Shown: positions 12,596-25,224 of the stretch, one piece after another
Numbering within the stretch: the first letter of the stretch is position 1
How the letters are laid out: every line of letters begins with the position of its first letter
Origin: Squalus acanthias
Lineage: Eukaryota
DNA: 64,000 bases
Assembly (NCBI GenBank): GCA_030390025.1
Contig: CM059431.1
Location: 99,388,001-99,452,000, forward strand
Direction of reading: 5' to 3'
The notes under the pieces: model-generated
What the model was told of the DNA's origin: nothing
Seen by the model: the letters and a program-made list of their open reading frames with translations, nothing else
Database searches by the model: none
Position numbers and translations under genes: made by a program

Positions 12596-12824
12596 AAAGA
12601 CTGGCATTTCTACAGCGCCTTTCACGACCTCATGACGTCCCAAAGCGCTTTACAGCCAATGAAACACTTTTAAAGTGTAGTCACTGTTGTAATGTAGGAA
12701 ATGCAATTTGCACACAGCAAGCTCCCACAAACAGCAATGAGATAATGACCAGATCATCATATTGGTTGAGGGATAAAGATTGGCCAGGACACCGGGGAGA
12801 ACTCCCCTGCTCTTCTTCGAATAG
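12596..12824 (-). mobile_element. Deu-SINE 3' half, abutting a CR1
   Basis: Reverse-complement homology to 19630-19878. Confidence 0.85.
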
Positions 12825-12825
12825 A

Positions 12826-14118
12826 TTGTGTGGATTAATTAAGGAAAGCCAGCACGGATTTGTTAAAGGCAAATCCTGTTTAACTAACTTAATTGAATTT
12901 TTTGATGAGGTAACAGAGAGGGTTGATGAGGGCAATGCGGTTGACGTGGTGTATATGGACTTCCAAAAAGCATTTGATAAAGTGCCACATAATAGGCTTG
13001 CCAACAAAGTTGAAGCCTATGGAATAAAAGAGACAGTGGCAGCATGGATACGAAATTGGCTAAGTGACAGGAAACAGAGAGTAGTGCTGAACGGTTGTTT
13101 TTCGGACTGGAGGAAGGTATACAGTGGTGTTCCCCAGGGGTCGGTTCTAGGACCACTGCTTTTCTTCATATATATTAATGAATTGGACGTGGGTGTACAG
13201 GGCACAATTTCAAAATCTGCAGATGACACAAAACTTGGAAGTATAGCGAACAGTGAGAAGGATAGTGATAGACTTCAAGAAGACATAGACATGTGGCAGA
13301 TGAAATTTAAAGCAGAAAAGTGCGAAGTGATACATTTTGGTAGGAAGAACGAGGAGAGGCAATATAAACTAAAGGGTGCAATCCTAAAGGGGGTGCATGA
13401 ACAGAGAGACCTGGGGGTATATGTGCACAAATTGTTGAAGGTGGCAGGGCAGGTTGAGAAAGCAATTAAAAAAGCATACAGGATACTGGGCTTCATAAAT
13501 AGAGGCATAGAGTACAAAAGCAAGCAAGTTATGATGAACCTTTATAAAACACTGGTTCGGCCTCAACTGGAGTATTGTGTCCAATTCTGGGCACCGCACT
13601 TTAGGAAGGATGTGAAGGCCTTAGAGAGGGTGCAGAAAAGATTTACGAGAATGATTCCAGGGATGAGGAACTTCCAGTTACGTGGATAGACTGGAGAAGC
13701 TGGGGTTGTTCTCCTTAGAGCAGAGAAGGTTGAGAGGGGATTTGATAGAGGTGTCCAAAATCATGAGGGGTCAGGACAGAGTAGATAGAGAGAAACTGTT
13801 CCCATTGGTGGAAGGGTCGAGAACCAGAGGACACAGATTTAAGGTGATTGGCAAAAGAACCAAAGGCGACATGAGGAAAAACTTTTTTACGCAGCGAGTG
13901 GTTAGGGTCTGGAATGCACTGCCTGAAAGGGTGGTGGAGGCAGACTCAATCGTGGCTCTCAAAAGGGAGTTGGATAAGTACCTGAAGGAAAATAAATTTG
14001 CAGGGCTACGGGGAAAGGGCGGGGGAGTGGGACTAGCTGAAATGATCTTGCAGAGAGCCGGCACGGGCTCGAGGGGCCGAACGGCCTCCTTTCGTGCTGT
14101 AAACATTCTATGATTCTA
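12826..14118 (+). mobile_element. CR1 LINE, 1.3-kb 3' portion with most of the RT domain (ORF2 pseudogene)
   Basis: SQHGFVKGKSCLTNLIEFF, VYMDFQKAFDKVPH, GVPQGSVLGPLLF and SADDTKL. Frameshift near 13675. Ends in ATTCTATGATTCTA. Confidence 0.97.
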
Positions 14119-14667
14119 GTGCCCGTGGAATCTTTTAAGCAAGTACAGTTTGGCTCCTAGAAATGAACATTCGATTGTATATAACAAGTACTTACTTCAT
14201 TATCTTATCAGATGTGTGGGTCACATAATGTCTCCATATTTAGATAAGCACAGCAGCCAGAAATTGACTATAAAAGGCAACAGTTTGGTGCAGTGAAGGT
14301 GCCTTTTGAGCTATGACTCAATTCTGAGCACTCAACGAGTAATGACTGTCGAAATTGCTTGTAGTTGTGTTATTTTTAGCCTATAAAAGGGTGGTACAAT
14401 GGACAACCATTCCTAAACTACATTTTCAGAATTTGTATGCCACTCATAGTTAGTCATCACTGTGCGTACAATGAATTGGTGTGTGGTGAAAATATGTTCA
14501 ACATAATTTTGTGGCGGTGAGTAATTTTGATTTTCTGTGGCTGTGTTGAAGTACTACTTTCAATCCTTACCTTAAAACCTTCATTTCGAGATACCTGACC
14601 CACTTCAGCCACGAATTATCTCCCAGTGTTTACTTCTGCCCTAAAAGGTAGAACATTGTTCTTCTTC

Positions 14668-14983
14668 GGAAGCACCTCCCAAACCCGCGACCTCTTCCAC
14701 CTAGAAGGACAAGGGTAGCAGGCGCATGGGAACACCACCACCTCCAAGTTCCCCTCCAAGTCACACACCATCCTGACCTGGAAATATATCGGCCAATCCT
14801 TCATTGTCGCTGGGTCAAAATCCTGGAACTCCTTCTCGAGCAGCATTGTAGGAGCACCTTCACCACACGGACTGCAGCGGTTCAAGAAGGCGGCTCATCA
14901 CCACCTCCTCGAGGGCAATTAGGGACGGGCAATAAATGCTGGCCTTGCCAGCAACGCCCACATCCCATGAACGAATAAAAAAG
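14668..14983 (+). mobile_element. 3' end of a second CR1-group LINE family (family J)
   Basis: Shared with 52075-52600 and 55280-55720. Tail GGGCAATAAATGCTGGCCTTGCCAGC...CCCATGAACGAATAAAAAA. Confidence 0.8.
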
Positions 14984-15639
14984 AGATTCTCAGGCTCCCA
15001 AGATTTTCATGACTGGAGAGGGTGAAAAACTCATTTCTGCCTGAGTGGGGGTTGGGGGGTGGGGGCAGGAATTTGGGGCACAACCTCCTTATCCCAGGAT
15101 TCCGCCACAGTTCTGTTGGCCTTCTAAATTTTTGGGAAGGTGGGTAGATCTTCTTCCCGTTCCTCCAATGTAAGTGGGGCAGGTCTAGGAGAGTTCCCAG
15201 GCTTCTTTGGGAATGACGCACTCGTTGTTCTCTGAAAGCTGGCATGAATCCCACTGAGTGGCTTAAAGAACCCCCTAACCGGTGCTCGGGAAAGGTAATC
15301 GATCCAAGAGGGGATCAGTTGGCTTCCCAAAGAGGCCCGCTTGCTTCATGGCGAGCAGAAGATCTGAAGAGAAACGTTTCCTTTGAGAGCTCACTGGGCC
15401 GCCTCTCTGCTATCAGAATGACCTGTCGCTGCCCTGAGGGGTTGGTAGGAATTTGAGGGGGTAGTGGGAAGGTGAACGGGTAGGGGATACAATGGGAGTG
15501 AAGTGTCAGTGGGAATGACAAATGATTAGGGGAGGGGAGGGGAAGGGAGCCATTGAGGGCCACATTTCCCCCACAACTCCCACCTCAAATCCAACCTGTT
15601 ACTGTTGGCAGCTCCTTTCCCCATCACACCGCCCTATAC

Positions 15640-15970
15640 ATGCATTTATATACCATCGTTAACGTAGTAAAACATCCCCACGCGCTTCACAGGAGCGAAT
15701 CTCAAACAAATTTTGACACCGAGCCACATGAGATATTAGGACAGGTGACCAAAAGCTTGGTCAAAGAGGTAGGTTTTAAGGATCATCTTAAATGAGGGAA
15801 GAGATTCAGAGAGGTTGAGGGAGGGAATTCCAGAGCTTGGGGCCCAGGCAGCTGAAGGCACGGCCGCCAATGGTGGAGCGATTAAAAGCGGGGATGCTCA
15901 AGAGGCCAGAATTAGAGGAGCGCAGAGATCTCGGAGGGTTGTAGGGCTGGAGGAGGTTACAGAGATGTGG
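15640..15970 (-). mobile_element. L2 3' fragment
   Basis: GGRAFSCLGPKLWNSLP and tail on the minus strand. Confidence 0.88.
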
Positions 15971-16597
15971 AGGAGGGCTGGGGGGAAAGAAAAGAGAGAG
16001 AGAGAGAGAGAAGCAAAACGAGTTCGGGAGAAGTAGAGGAGAACGAGAGAGACAGATGCAGAGGAGGAGACACCGAGAGCGGAACAGCAACACAAAGACA
16101 AGAGAGAGAGGTAAAAGAAAGGGGCTATTCTCTGACTTACTGTATGCAACACCTCAGAGATCGAACATTTTACTTCTCGTGTTGTCACCAATGGGTACAA
16201 GCTGATTGCGCTGTTGGCCGCAATAATCTGGAGTATCTCCCACTGGAATACACGTTGCTTACCTTCTCCGAAAAATACAGCGGCTAAAGCAATTCGTAGT
16301 GCACAAGTCAGCTTTTTAGAAGTTCTAATAGAAAAAGCAGTGACCCCATGCTGTGCACACCGTACTTAAACAACACATCACTAAATCAATCAATCAATCA
16401 ATCAATCTATCGCTGATCCCACTGTTTGGAACTTGAAAAAAAATGTGGTTTTGATTTCAGAGGGATGGCTGGCCTGTTCCAAATAATTACTCATGAAGAA
16501 AAGCAAGGAGGATGATGAGGTGAAGCTATAGTAGACTGTGAGTCCTACGAAACAATCTGAGAGTACTTGACTAAAGAGACTTGTAGTTACCAGTAAT

Positions 16598-17310
16598 TAC
16601 ATAGAATCTACAGCACAGAAACAGGCCATTCGGCCCAACTGGTCCGTGCCGGTTTTTATGCTCCACACGAGCCTCCTCCCGCCCCTCTTCATCTCACCCC
16701 ATCAGCGTAACTTTCTATTCCTTGCTCCCTCATGTGTTTACCTAGCTTTCCCTTAAATAAATTTATGCTATTCGCCTCAACCACTCCTTTTTTTTTATTT
16801 GTTCATGGGATGTGGGTGTCACTGGCAAGGCCAGCATTTATTGCCCATCCCTAAGTTTCACATTCTCACCACTCTCTGAGTAAAGAAGTTTCTCCTGAAT
16901 TCCCTATTGGATTTATTGGTGACTATCTTATATTGATGGCCCCTAGTTCTGGTCTCCCCCACAAATGGAAACATCTTCTCTACGTCTACCCTATCGAACC
17001 CCTTCAGAATTTTAAAGACCTCGATCAGGTCACCCCTCAGCCTTCTCTTTTCTAGAGAAAAGAGCCCCAGCCTGTTCAGTCTTTCCTGATAGTTAAAACC
17101 GCTCAGTTCTGGTATCATCCTTGTAAATTTCTTTTGTACTTTCTCCCGTGCTTCTACATTCCTTTTGTAATATGGAGACCAGACCAGGTGCTCCAAGTGT
17201 GGTCTAACCAAGGTTCTATATAAGTTTAACATAACTTCTCTGCTTTTGAATTCTATTCCTCTAGAAATGAACCCCAGTGCTTTGTTTTTTTTAAACCTGC
17301 GCTGCTACCT
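16598..17310 (-). mobile_element. CR1 3' fragment containing a family J tail insertion (~16788-16855)
   Basis: LVRPHLE..RLGLFSLEKRRLRGDLIEVFKI. The inserted poly-A-tailed J tail interrupts it. Confidence 0.9.
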
Positions 17311-17825
17311 TTAAGTAAGATTAATATTTGTCAGATGAATGGAAGTTATTAAACTTGACTGTGTGGAAGAAATCTCAAAGGTACGTGTGCATATTTTACC
17401 AGGGTGATTATTGATTTAAAATAGTTATTGGGATTTCACTCATAACACATAATCTGTGAGTTGTTTCCTGTTAATACTAATTGGGGAAGAATTTAATCTT
17501 ATAGATCACAATTTGTCAATATAACAAAACAGCAAGGCTGTACAGCATTTCCTACCATAAATACAACAAACTCACTCGGCTAGGTGGAATGTGGAGAGGA
17601 AAGTTGGGGCACTGAGGGACGCACAGCCATCATGGATCCCATACAACTATCCTTCTATTAACTTTATTGCAAGGAAAATTGTGCAGACTCCATAATGGGG
17701 AGCGTTCCTTCACTGCTCGATTTCCCTCTCTACACTCCTCCCGTGAGGTACCGTCGATTCAACATATCGCATTAAATGGTTGAAAAGTTTAGCAGTTATG
17801 GAAGCAGAATAAGTTTATGAGCCTC

Positions 17826-18360
17826 TACTCTCTAGAGTTTAGAAGAATGAGCGGTGATCTCATTGAAACATAAGATTCTGAGTGCTTGACAGGGTAGATG
17901 CAGGGAGGATGTTTCCCCTGGCTGGAGAGTCTAGAACCAAGGGTTACAGTCTCAGAATAAGGGGTCGGCCATTTAGGACTGAGATGAGAAAAAAAAAGAA
18001 ATACTTGCATTTATATAGCGCCTTTCACGACCTCCAGACGTCTCAAAGCGCTTTACAGCCAATGAAGTACTTTTGGAGTGTAGTCACTGTTGTAATGTAG
18101 GAAAAAAATTAGGAGGAATTTCTTCACTCAGAGGGTGGTGAATCGTTGGAATTCTCTACCCCAGAGGGTTGGTGATGCTCAGTCTTTGAGTATATTCAAG
18201 GCTGAGATCGATAGATTTTTGGACACTCGGGGAATCAAGGGATCTGGGGATCGGGTGGGAAAGTGGAGTTGAGGTCAATGATCAGCCGTGATCTTATTGA
18301 ATGGCGGAGCAGGCTCGAGGGGCTGTGTGGCCCACTCCTGCTCCTAATTCTTATGTTCTG
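17826..18360 (+). mobile_element. CR1 3' fragment with a Deu-SINE tail inserted (~17990-18100, minus)
   Basis: The CR1 sequence RTEMR|RNFFTQRVV is split by the SINE tail. Confidence 0.88.
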
Positions 18361-19410
18361 TTTAATGGTATCGGTCATTTATTTGTTTGTGTGTTTTTTT
18401 TCACCATTACATATTTTCCCCCCAAAAATCAGCAGATCTTGATTTATTAATGGCAGCGCCAAGATCTTCTAACCCTGAATTCTTTGCATCATCCGCTATG
18501 TTTCTGCTGTGCGTCACATCAGTAACCAAGCACATCCATCATTGTGCAGACACAGTGCCGCCAAGCCTCGTTTATGTTTGTAGTGTTTAAATGGGGAATT
18601 GCCGAGACACTGTGACTCAGGTTATGTAAATATGTATTATCGCAGAAGTCTAGGTATCCAAAAAAAAAGGCAAAAGTCGACCAATGATGGAATACGTTAC
18701 ATTGAACAGACGCTGCCACTTAAATTAGCATTGAGCCCAATGAGGTGCAAGGAATAATGAGCCGTTGTATTAGCTACATTTCATTTACCAAGGTGCATTT
18801 ATTAAAAGTAGATTTGCACGCTGTTTGAGAGTATTAATGGCTTTTTCATTTCAACAGTAAAGAATGTTAATGTGAGCAAATGATTTAACAACATCTGATT
18901 TCTGGAAGACTGAAATTCTAAATTTGCATCTGTGTGCAGTTGTACTGCAATGCACACAACTTCTGACATAGTGATGTGCTTGGTAAATAATAATCGCTGA
19001 TTATGGTACAGTATTTCAACAGTAAAAGACATGTTCAATTCTTTTTTTAATAAAAGAAAGTAGCGTTCAAAATTCATGAAATAAAAGGACTGAAATGTTT
19101 ACTTTTTGATTACCCCTGATGGAATTGTGATGGATATTTGCATCCTGCGTTAGCTCGTGAAAACAATTCTGCATTATATTCATTAAATCTGTGTCCTCTG
19201 GTTACCGACCCTCCTACCAGTGGAAACAGTGTCTCCTTATTTACTCTACCCTAATTTTGAACGCCTCTATTAAATCTTCCATTAACCTACTCTGCTCTAA
19301 AGAGAACAATCTCAGCTTTAGATGACTGTAGATAGATAGAGCAAATGAGAATTGAACATTGGCTTTCCTTACGAAGAGTTCCTTTGTCTTTATGTCAAGA
19401 CTTTTGATGT

Positions 19411-19878
19411 GTCAGCTGTGGCTCAGTGGGTCGCACACTCGCCTCTGAGTCAGAAGGTTGTGGGTTCAAGTCCCACTCCATGAGACTTGAGATCAAAATC
19501 TAGGCTGACACTCCCAGTGCAGTGCTGAGGGAGTGCTGCACTGTCAGAAGTGTCGTCTTTCAGATGAGACGTTAAACCGAGGCCCCGTCTGCTCTCTCAG
19601 GTGGATGTAAAAGATCCCATGGCACTATTTCGAAGAAGAGCAGGGGGAGTTCTCCCCGGTGTCCTGAGCCAATATTTATCCCTCAGTCAGCATCACTGAA
19701 ACAGATTATCTGGTCATTGTCACATCGCTGTTTGTGGGAGCTTGCTGTGCACAAATTGGCTGCCACGTTTCCTACATTACAGCAGTGACTACACTTCAAA
19801 AAGTACTTAATTGACTGTAAAGCGCTTTGGGGCATCCTGAGGTCATGAAAGGGGCTGTAGAAATACAAGTCTTTCTTT
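19411..19878 (+). mobile_element. Full-length tRNA-headed Deu-SINE (SacSINE1-like)
   Basis: A box TGGCTCAGTGG, B box GGTTCAAGTCC, Deu-type core (GGTGGATGTAAAAGATCCCATGGCACTATTTCGAAGAAGAG), L2-like 3' stem-loop tail. Confidence 0.85.
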
Positions 19879-20330
19879 AGAGAGGGTGCAGATTTACTAG
19901 AATGGTACCAGGGATGAGAGACTTCGGTTATGTAGAAAAGCTGGGGTTGTTCTCTTTAGAGCAGCGAAGGTTAATGGAAGATTTAATAGAGGCGTTCAAA
20001 ATTAGGATAGAGTAAATAGGGAGAAACTGTTTCCAGTGGCAGGAGGGTCGGTAACCAGAGGACACAGATTTAAGGTCATTGGCAAAAGAACCAGAGGGGA
20101 GATGAGGAGAATTTTTTTACTCAGTGAGTTGTTGTGATCTGGAATGCGCTGCCTGAAAGGGCGGTGGAAGCAGATTCAATAATAACTTTCAAAAGGAATT
20201 TGATAAATACTTGAAAAGGAAAAATTTGCAGGGTTATGGAGAAAGAGCAGGGGAGTGGGACTAATTTTATAGCTCTTTCAAAGAGCCGTCACAGGCACGA
20301 TGGGCTGAATGGCCTCCCTCTGTGCTGTAC
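19879..20330 (+). mobile_element. CR1 3' fragment
   Basis: Homologous to 13620-14100. Confidence 0.88.
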
Positions 20331-20789
20331 TGGCTGTTTTTGATCATGAATTTTCCAGATAGGGGCCAGAACACTGCTGTCTACAAGGTGTAGTTTTTTT
20401 TTGATTTGAGATTAGCCAGGCTGTAGAAATTTGGCCTTAGATGCCAATCCAATTTGTCTTGGTCAAAGCATCAATACAAGACCTGGAGGAGGTGAGGACT
20501 CCTACTTGTCAAGTGATTCCATGCTAAGGCTGCACCTTAATGCCTTTTGAATGATTGATTTGCAGTTCTTTATGGAGAGGCCTTTTGGGGTGAGATATAT
20601 GTTGAAGACTTTTCCTCCCGATGTCTTTACTTCAGTTTATTGCAATTGTCCTTTGGGCTCTATTCAAGGTGATCAACCCAGAGCTCGCTCTTCTGTACCA
20701 ATTACAGGTGCTGGGCTGGCTCACCATATAAATGCAACCGTAGGAAGAAAACGCATCTTCTAGGATGCAAGGTGTCATCGGCTAGGGCT

Positions 20790-21060
20790 AGGGGTCGCCA
20801 AGCCTCCAGGATTGCCCTGGCGTCTCCAGGAATTGAAGATTAATCTCCTGGACACGGCCGCCAGCAAACCCCAGGAGAAAAACCCATTGGGGGGCATTAC
20901 AAGCACAATGATTCTTTTCATGTTCTTTCAACACTTGTTTATCAGTAATAGAATTATTGGAAAATGGGAAAACGTGCTGTTTGACTGTCCAGGGCTGTTA
21001 GAGGCAGGAGGCCACGTGATGAAACCTCCAGGAATATGTCTAAGCAGGGTCGGCGACCCT
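20790..21060. mobile_element. Short TIR element, possibly a hAT-type MITE
   Basis: Ends AGGGGTCGCCAA...TCGGCGACCCT resemble (T/C)AGGGTTGCCA hAT termini; repeated CTCCAGGA subterminal motifs. No clear 8-bp TSD. Confidence 0.5.
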
Positions 21061-21069
21061 CTCTCGAGG

Positions 21070-21760
21070 GTGTTGCCAGTAGCAGCTTCTTCCGACCATT
21101 CGGGCCATGCTCTTTCACTTGTGCTTCATGGTTAGTAAGGCCCAGGCTGTTGAGAAGCACTTTTAGATTGTCATCCCATCTTGTTCTGGCTCTGCCTCCT
21201 GGCCTCTCCCATGTTGGTGGTGAATGGTCAGGCAGCATCACCACCAGAGGTCCACACCAGAGGAGTTGGTGATGATCAACTAACGGGACAGCGGTGGTTG
21301 ACTAATCAGGTTGCCCACAGTCTGATTTAAGATTTTGTCCTGATGCTTAACCTTGCACGAGTTGGCAGCCGCGTTTCCTACATTACAACAGTGACGACGC
21401 AAAATTGGCTGTAAAGCGCTTTGGGACGTCCTGAGGTCGTGAAAGATGCAGTATGAGCGCAAGTTCTTTCTTCCATTTCAGTCGTGTGCGAAGTGATCTA
21501 GAATCGAATCCAGCGATTTGCCTGTTCGTTTACTCTGGAGCAAAGCCGCATTTCTGAGCCATATTTAAACATCACTGACATTACTAATACATTGTGGAGC
21601 CGGACTTTGAGACTGCGACTTACGGTCGATCTCCATATAAGGGATGAGGGGATCATCGTGGAGCTCGTAAGTGCGACGCTACTACGGCAATCGGGAAAAC
21701 CGTCCCCAGTGTATCAAATCACACCACCTCAGTAAGTGGATTGTGTCTCTGATTCCACCG
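21070..21760 (-). mobile_element. Ancient RTE-clade LINE relic, interrupted by a Deu-SINE tail (21355-21470)
   Basis: Minus-strand peptides LIWRSTVSRSLKVRLHNVLVMSVMFKYGSE (RTE 'KLRLY..LV.SVLLYG.E' motif) and WERPGGRARTRWDDNLK (RTE 'RPRGRP..RW.D' motif). Confidence 0.7.
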
Positions 21761-22526
21761 TCCTGGATGGAACGTCATGTATTATGGAGGTAGCTGCAGT
21801 GGTATTACGTTCTGGCCAAACGTTTGTAGAGCTTCGGTGAGGGTGCGCACATTTTTAGCCGAGTCCTTTATGTCGTCTGTACAGTCCAGATCTGTTTACA
21901 TATAACTATTGCCTAGGCTGGTCCCACCTCCACTTTTAAAGGATGGGAGTAGAAGAGAGAAGGGTGCAGATGCTGCCTGACCTGAGTGCCTTTATTTCCC
22001 TGCACTTCATTGGCTGTGAAGCGCTTTGGGACATCCTGAGGGTATGAAAGGCGCTATAGAAATGCAGGTCCTTCTTTTCACTGGGTAGCAATTATCCGGA
22101 TTTAGGTCTCAGAGATATATTTTTTTAATAACCGGTTTATTTCTTGCCAATGCCAATTTGCACAGTTTATACAACACTTTCCAAAGCAGAACTCGCGTAA
22201 GTGACATGTTCCTACAGCAGTGAACCATTAGTCACTGTCCCAATAAGCACAAATAAACTAAAAATAACAATTGATGGTCGCGATGTATGGAAGATGCGAC
22301 ACACACACACAGTGGTGTGCAGGTAGAATGCCAAGACCTCAATACTTTCTGTTCAGGATAGTTTGACAAGTTTCTTTTTCTGTTTAATGAGAAACCGAGG
22401 TGAAAGGCTCAAGTCTTAGAAACATAGAAACTAGGAGCAGGAGTAGGCCATTCGGCCCGTCGAGCCTGCTCCACCATTCAATACGATCATGGCTGATCAT
22501 CCAAATCCAGTACCCTGTCCCTGCTA

Positions 22527-22852
22527 TCTCACACAGAATCCCCATCGAGCCTGCACCGACACATATCCCACCCTATTCCCGTAACCCCACGTATTTAATT
22601 CCCCCTAACATATCCCATCCTATCCCCGTAACCCCACATATTTAATCCCCCCCTAACACTAAGGGTCAATTTATCATAGCCAAATCAACCTAACCCGCAC
22701 ATTTTTGGACTGTGGGAGGAAACCGGAGCACCCGGAGGAAACCCACGCAGAGAATGTGCAAACTCCACACAGACAGTCACCCGAGGCCAGATTCGAACCC
22801 GGGTCTCTGGCGCTGTGAGGCACCAGTGCTAACCACTATGCCACCGTGTTGC
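22527..22852 (-). mobile_element. HE1-like V-SINE
   Basis: tRNA head GGTGGCATAGTGGTTAGCACT...GGTTCGAATC and V-core GTGTGGAGTTTGCAC...GGGTTTCCTCCGGGTGCTCCGGTTTCCTCCCACAGTCCAAA. A CR1 3' piece is adjacent at 22418-22525. Confidence 0.88.
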
Positions 22853-23267
22853 ACCGTCTTGTTGTACAGAGCACCACCAGGATTATTTTAAAAGTAGGAA
22901 AGACGACCGGGTAAACCAAGAAGTAGTTGACACCAAACTTGGATTTCTAAAAGTTTTGTAAGTTGTAAAAGGAAGAGAGAATTGAGGGAGGTGAGGAATT
23001 TGGTAGTTGTGAGGCCCGAGGAAAGAATGGGTGTGTGTACGAGATAGTCACACGAGTCTTTCAATAGTTAGGATGCAGAAAGGAAGGACAACGTGGGGGA
23101 TGGGATACATGGGTGTTTGGAGGTGATGGGGCTGATTTTCCTCTTCCCCCTCCCCCTACCTTTGGCTGGGTGTAAGTCAGGCACCAGAAGAGCAAAAGGA
23201 GACAGGAGTTGCCACTACATCACTCCCAACTCGTCTAAATGTGGTTTGAATATTTACATCTGCTCCA

Positions 23268-23675
23268 CATAGGAACAGGAGGAGGCCATTCAGTCCCTCG
23301 AGCCTGTGCCGCCATTCAGTTAGATCACGGCTGATCTGTATCTTAACTCTATCTGCCCGTCTTGGTTCCGTAACCCTTAATACCTTTACCCAACAAAAAT
23401 CTATCAATCTCAGTTTTGAAATTTCCAATTGACCCCCAGCCTCAACAGCTTTTTGGGGGAGAGAGTTCCAGATTTCCACCATCCTTTGTGTGAAGAAGTG
23501 CTTCCTGACATCACCCCTGAACGGCCTGGCTCTAATTTTAAGGTGATGCCCCCTTGTTCTGGACTCCCCCCACCAGAGGAAATAGTTTCTTTCTATCTAC
23601 CCTATCAACTCCTTTAATCATCTTAAACACCTCGATTAAATCACCCCTTAATCTTCTACACTCGAGGGAATACAA
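23268..23675 (-). mobile_element. CR1 3' fragment (same subfamily as 43830-44103)
   Basis: VEIWNSLPQKAVEA motif and tail. Confidence 0.85.
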
Positions 23676-24127
23676 GTACTTGTCCCGGCAGAAACCCTGG
23701 AAATCTCACGGTAACGCAATAGGCGCCGAGAACCAGCTCTATAGATCTCCACTCCTTTGTCCCCTACTTTGCGCCTTAACAAGAAATAAGCATTTTCTCA
23801 GTGCAAACTAGTGATATCAGAGTTAACTAATGTAATGAACACAGTCGTATTGATAAAGTTGGGAGAGATAGAGAGCAGCAACGAAACAAAGTTAGAGGCT
23901 AGAGGATAATACAGAATCAGAAATATCAATGAAACGTTAAACTTCTACAATAACTCCTTTGAAAGCATCTATCCTGCTTTACTTCAGTCCAGTCCAAATC
24001 ACTTTGGCTGAGAATTTACTGATCAATCAATATGTTAAAAAATGTAGCATTAAGTCGAAACTGGTTGTTATTTAATTAGGAAGAGAAGCTGTTCAAAAGC
24101 AGACTTATATATTTGTGAAAAGTTTCC

Positions 24128-24440
24128 ATAGAGTAAATAAGGAGAAACTGTTTCCAGTGGCAGGAGGGTCGGGAACCAGAGGACACAGATTGAAGGTCAT
24201 TGGCAAAAGAGCCAGAGGTGAGCTGTGGAGAATTTGTTTTTTACGTGAGTTGTTATGATCTGGAATGCGCTACAATGACTTTCAAAAGGGAATTGGATAA
24301 ATATTTGAAAAGGAAAAAATTATGCAGGGCTATGGGGAAAGAGCAGGGGGGGAGTGGGACTAATTGGAGAGCTCGTTCAAAGAGCCGGCACAGGCATGAT
24401 GGGTCGAATGGCCTCCTTCTGTGCTGTATCATTCTATGAT
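24128..24440 (+). mobile_element. CR1 3' fragment
   Basis: Homology to 20010-20330; ATTCTATGATT tail. Confidence 0.85.
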
Positions 24441-25224
24441 TCCAACAATTTACAGCATTGTTTGGATTCTGGTTTATAGGCCATAAACCCTGCATGACTG
24501 ACAACATATTGGTTCCTTCAATAGAAGACAATTTGATGCCTCTGTCTTCTATTGAAACCGATAAAACCTCGCATGCATCAGCGACGTGCTGAGTTTTTTT
24601 TTGGAGTGTTCGAAGCAGTGGAAATTGCTGACTGCACTTTCAAAAGATGTGTCTATATGCAGATAGATTAGCTGGCCGAGCTTTGTAGAGAGGTAAAATA
24701 TCACGATCGTGACATTGCGATGATTATTGTAAGAACCTCTGTAAAGATTAGTAACATTAGCAATTTTAATTTACCAAAATTTGCTCACTGTTTGTGGATG
24801 TTTAATTGTGTGACTATCAACCAGCTAATGGAGCTGCTTCAGAACTAGAGGAAATAGCACTTTAAAAAAAAAACACAGAGAGGATGAAGAGATGAGTCAC
24901 GTCTAAATTAATTGAGCAAATCATAACCAGCTCACTTGTAGGTTATTTGGCTTGCTCTTTTGTAAAATTTCAAAGACCTTTCCTTCCGTTTCGTGTGCAT
25001 TAGACCCCTGGAACAGTCCACCATACTGAACAGTAGACCAACTGGCAGCACATGGTGAGCAGTGCCCCAGTGATCTTTAAGCGCCTTGGGACATTGCCTA
25101 CATTAAAGGTGCGATATTAATGTTATTGAGCTGTTGTTCTTAGCTTCATGGACTGAAACCTCAGCAACCGGCAGGCAAAGAAGTGCCTGAGTGCTCCCGT
25201 ACGTGGGACAAGGACTTCCCAAAT

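Noticed and set aside
12745..13689. 314-aa RT ORF as an intact gene
   Set aside because: The N-terminus is antisense SINE sequence. The element is 5'-truncated, lacks the endonuclease, has FADD changed to SADD and is frameshifted near 13675.
18400..19170. AT-rich unique DNA resembling conserved non-coding enhancers (also 3500-4100)
   Set aside because: Cannot be supported without cross-species alignment.
19411..19480. tRNA genes at SINE heads (also 22780-22852, 56835-56900, 62018-62085)
   Set aside because: A and B boxes are present, but the sequences run directly into SINE bodies and I could not form a full cloverleaf.
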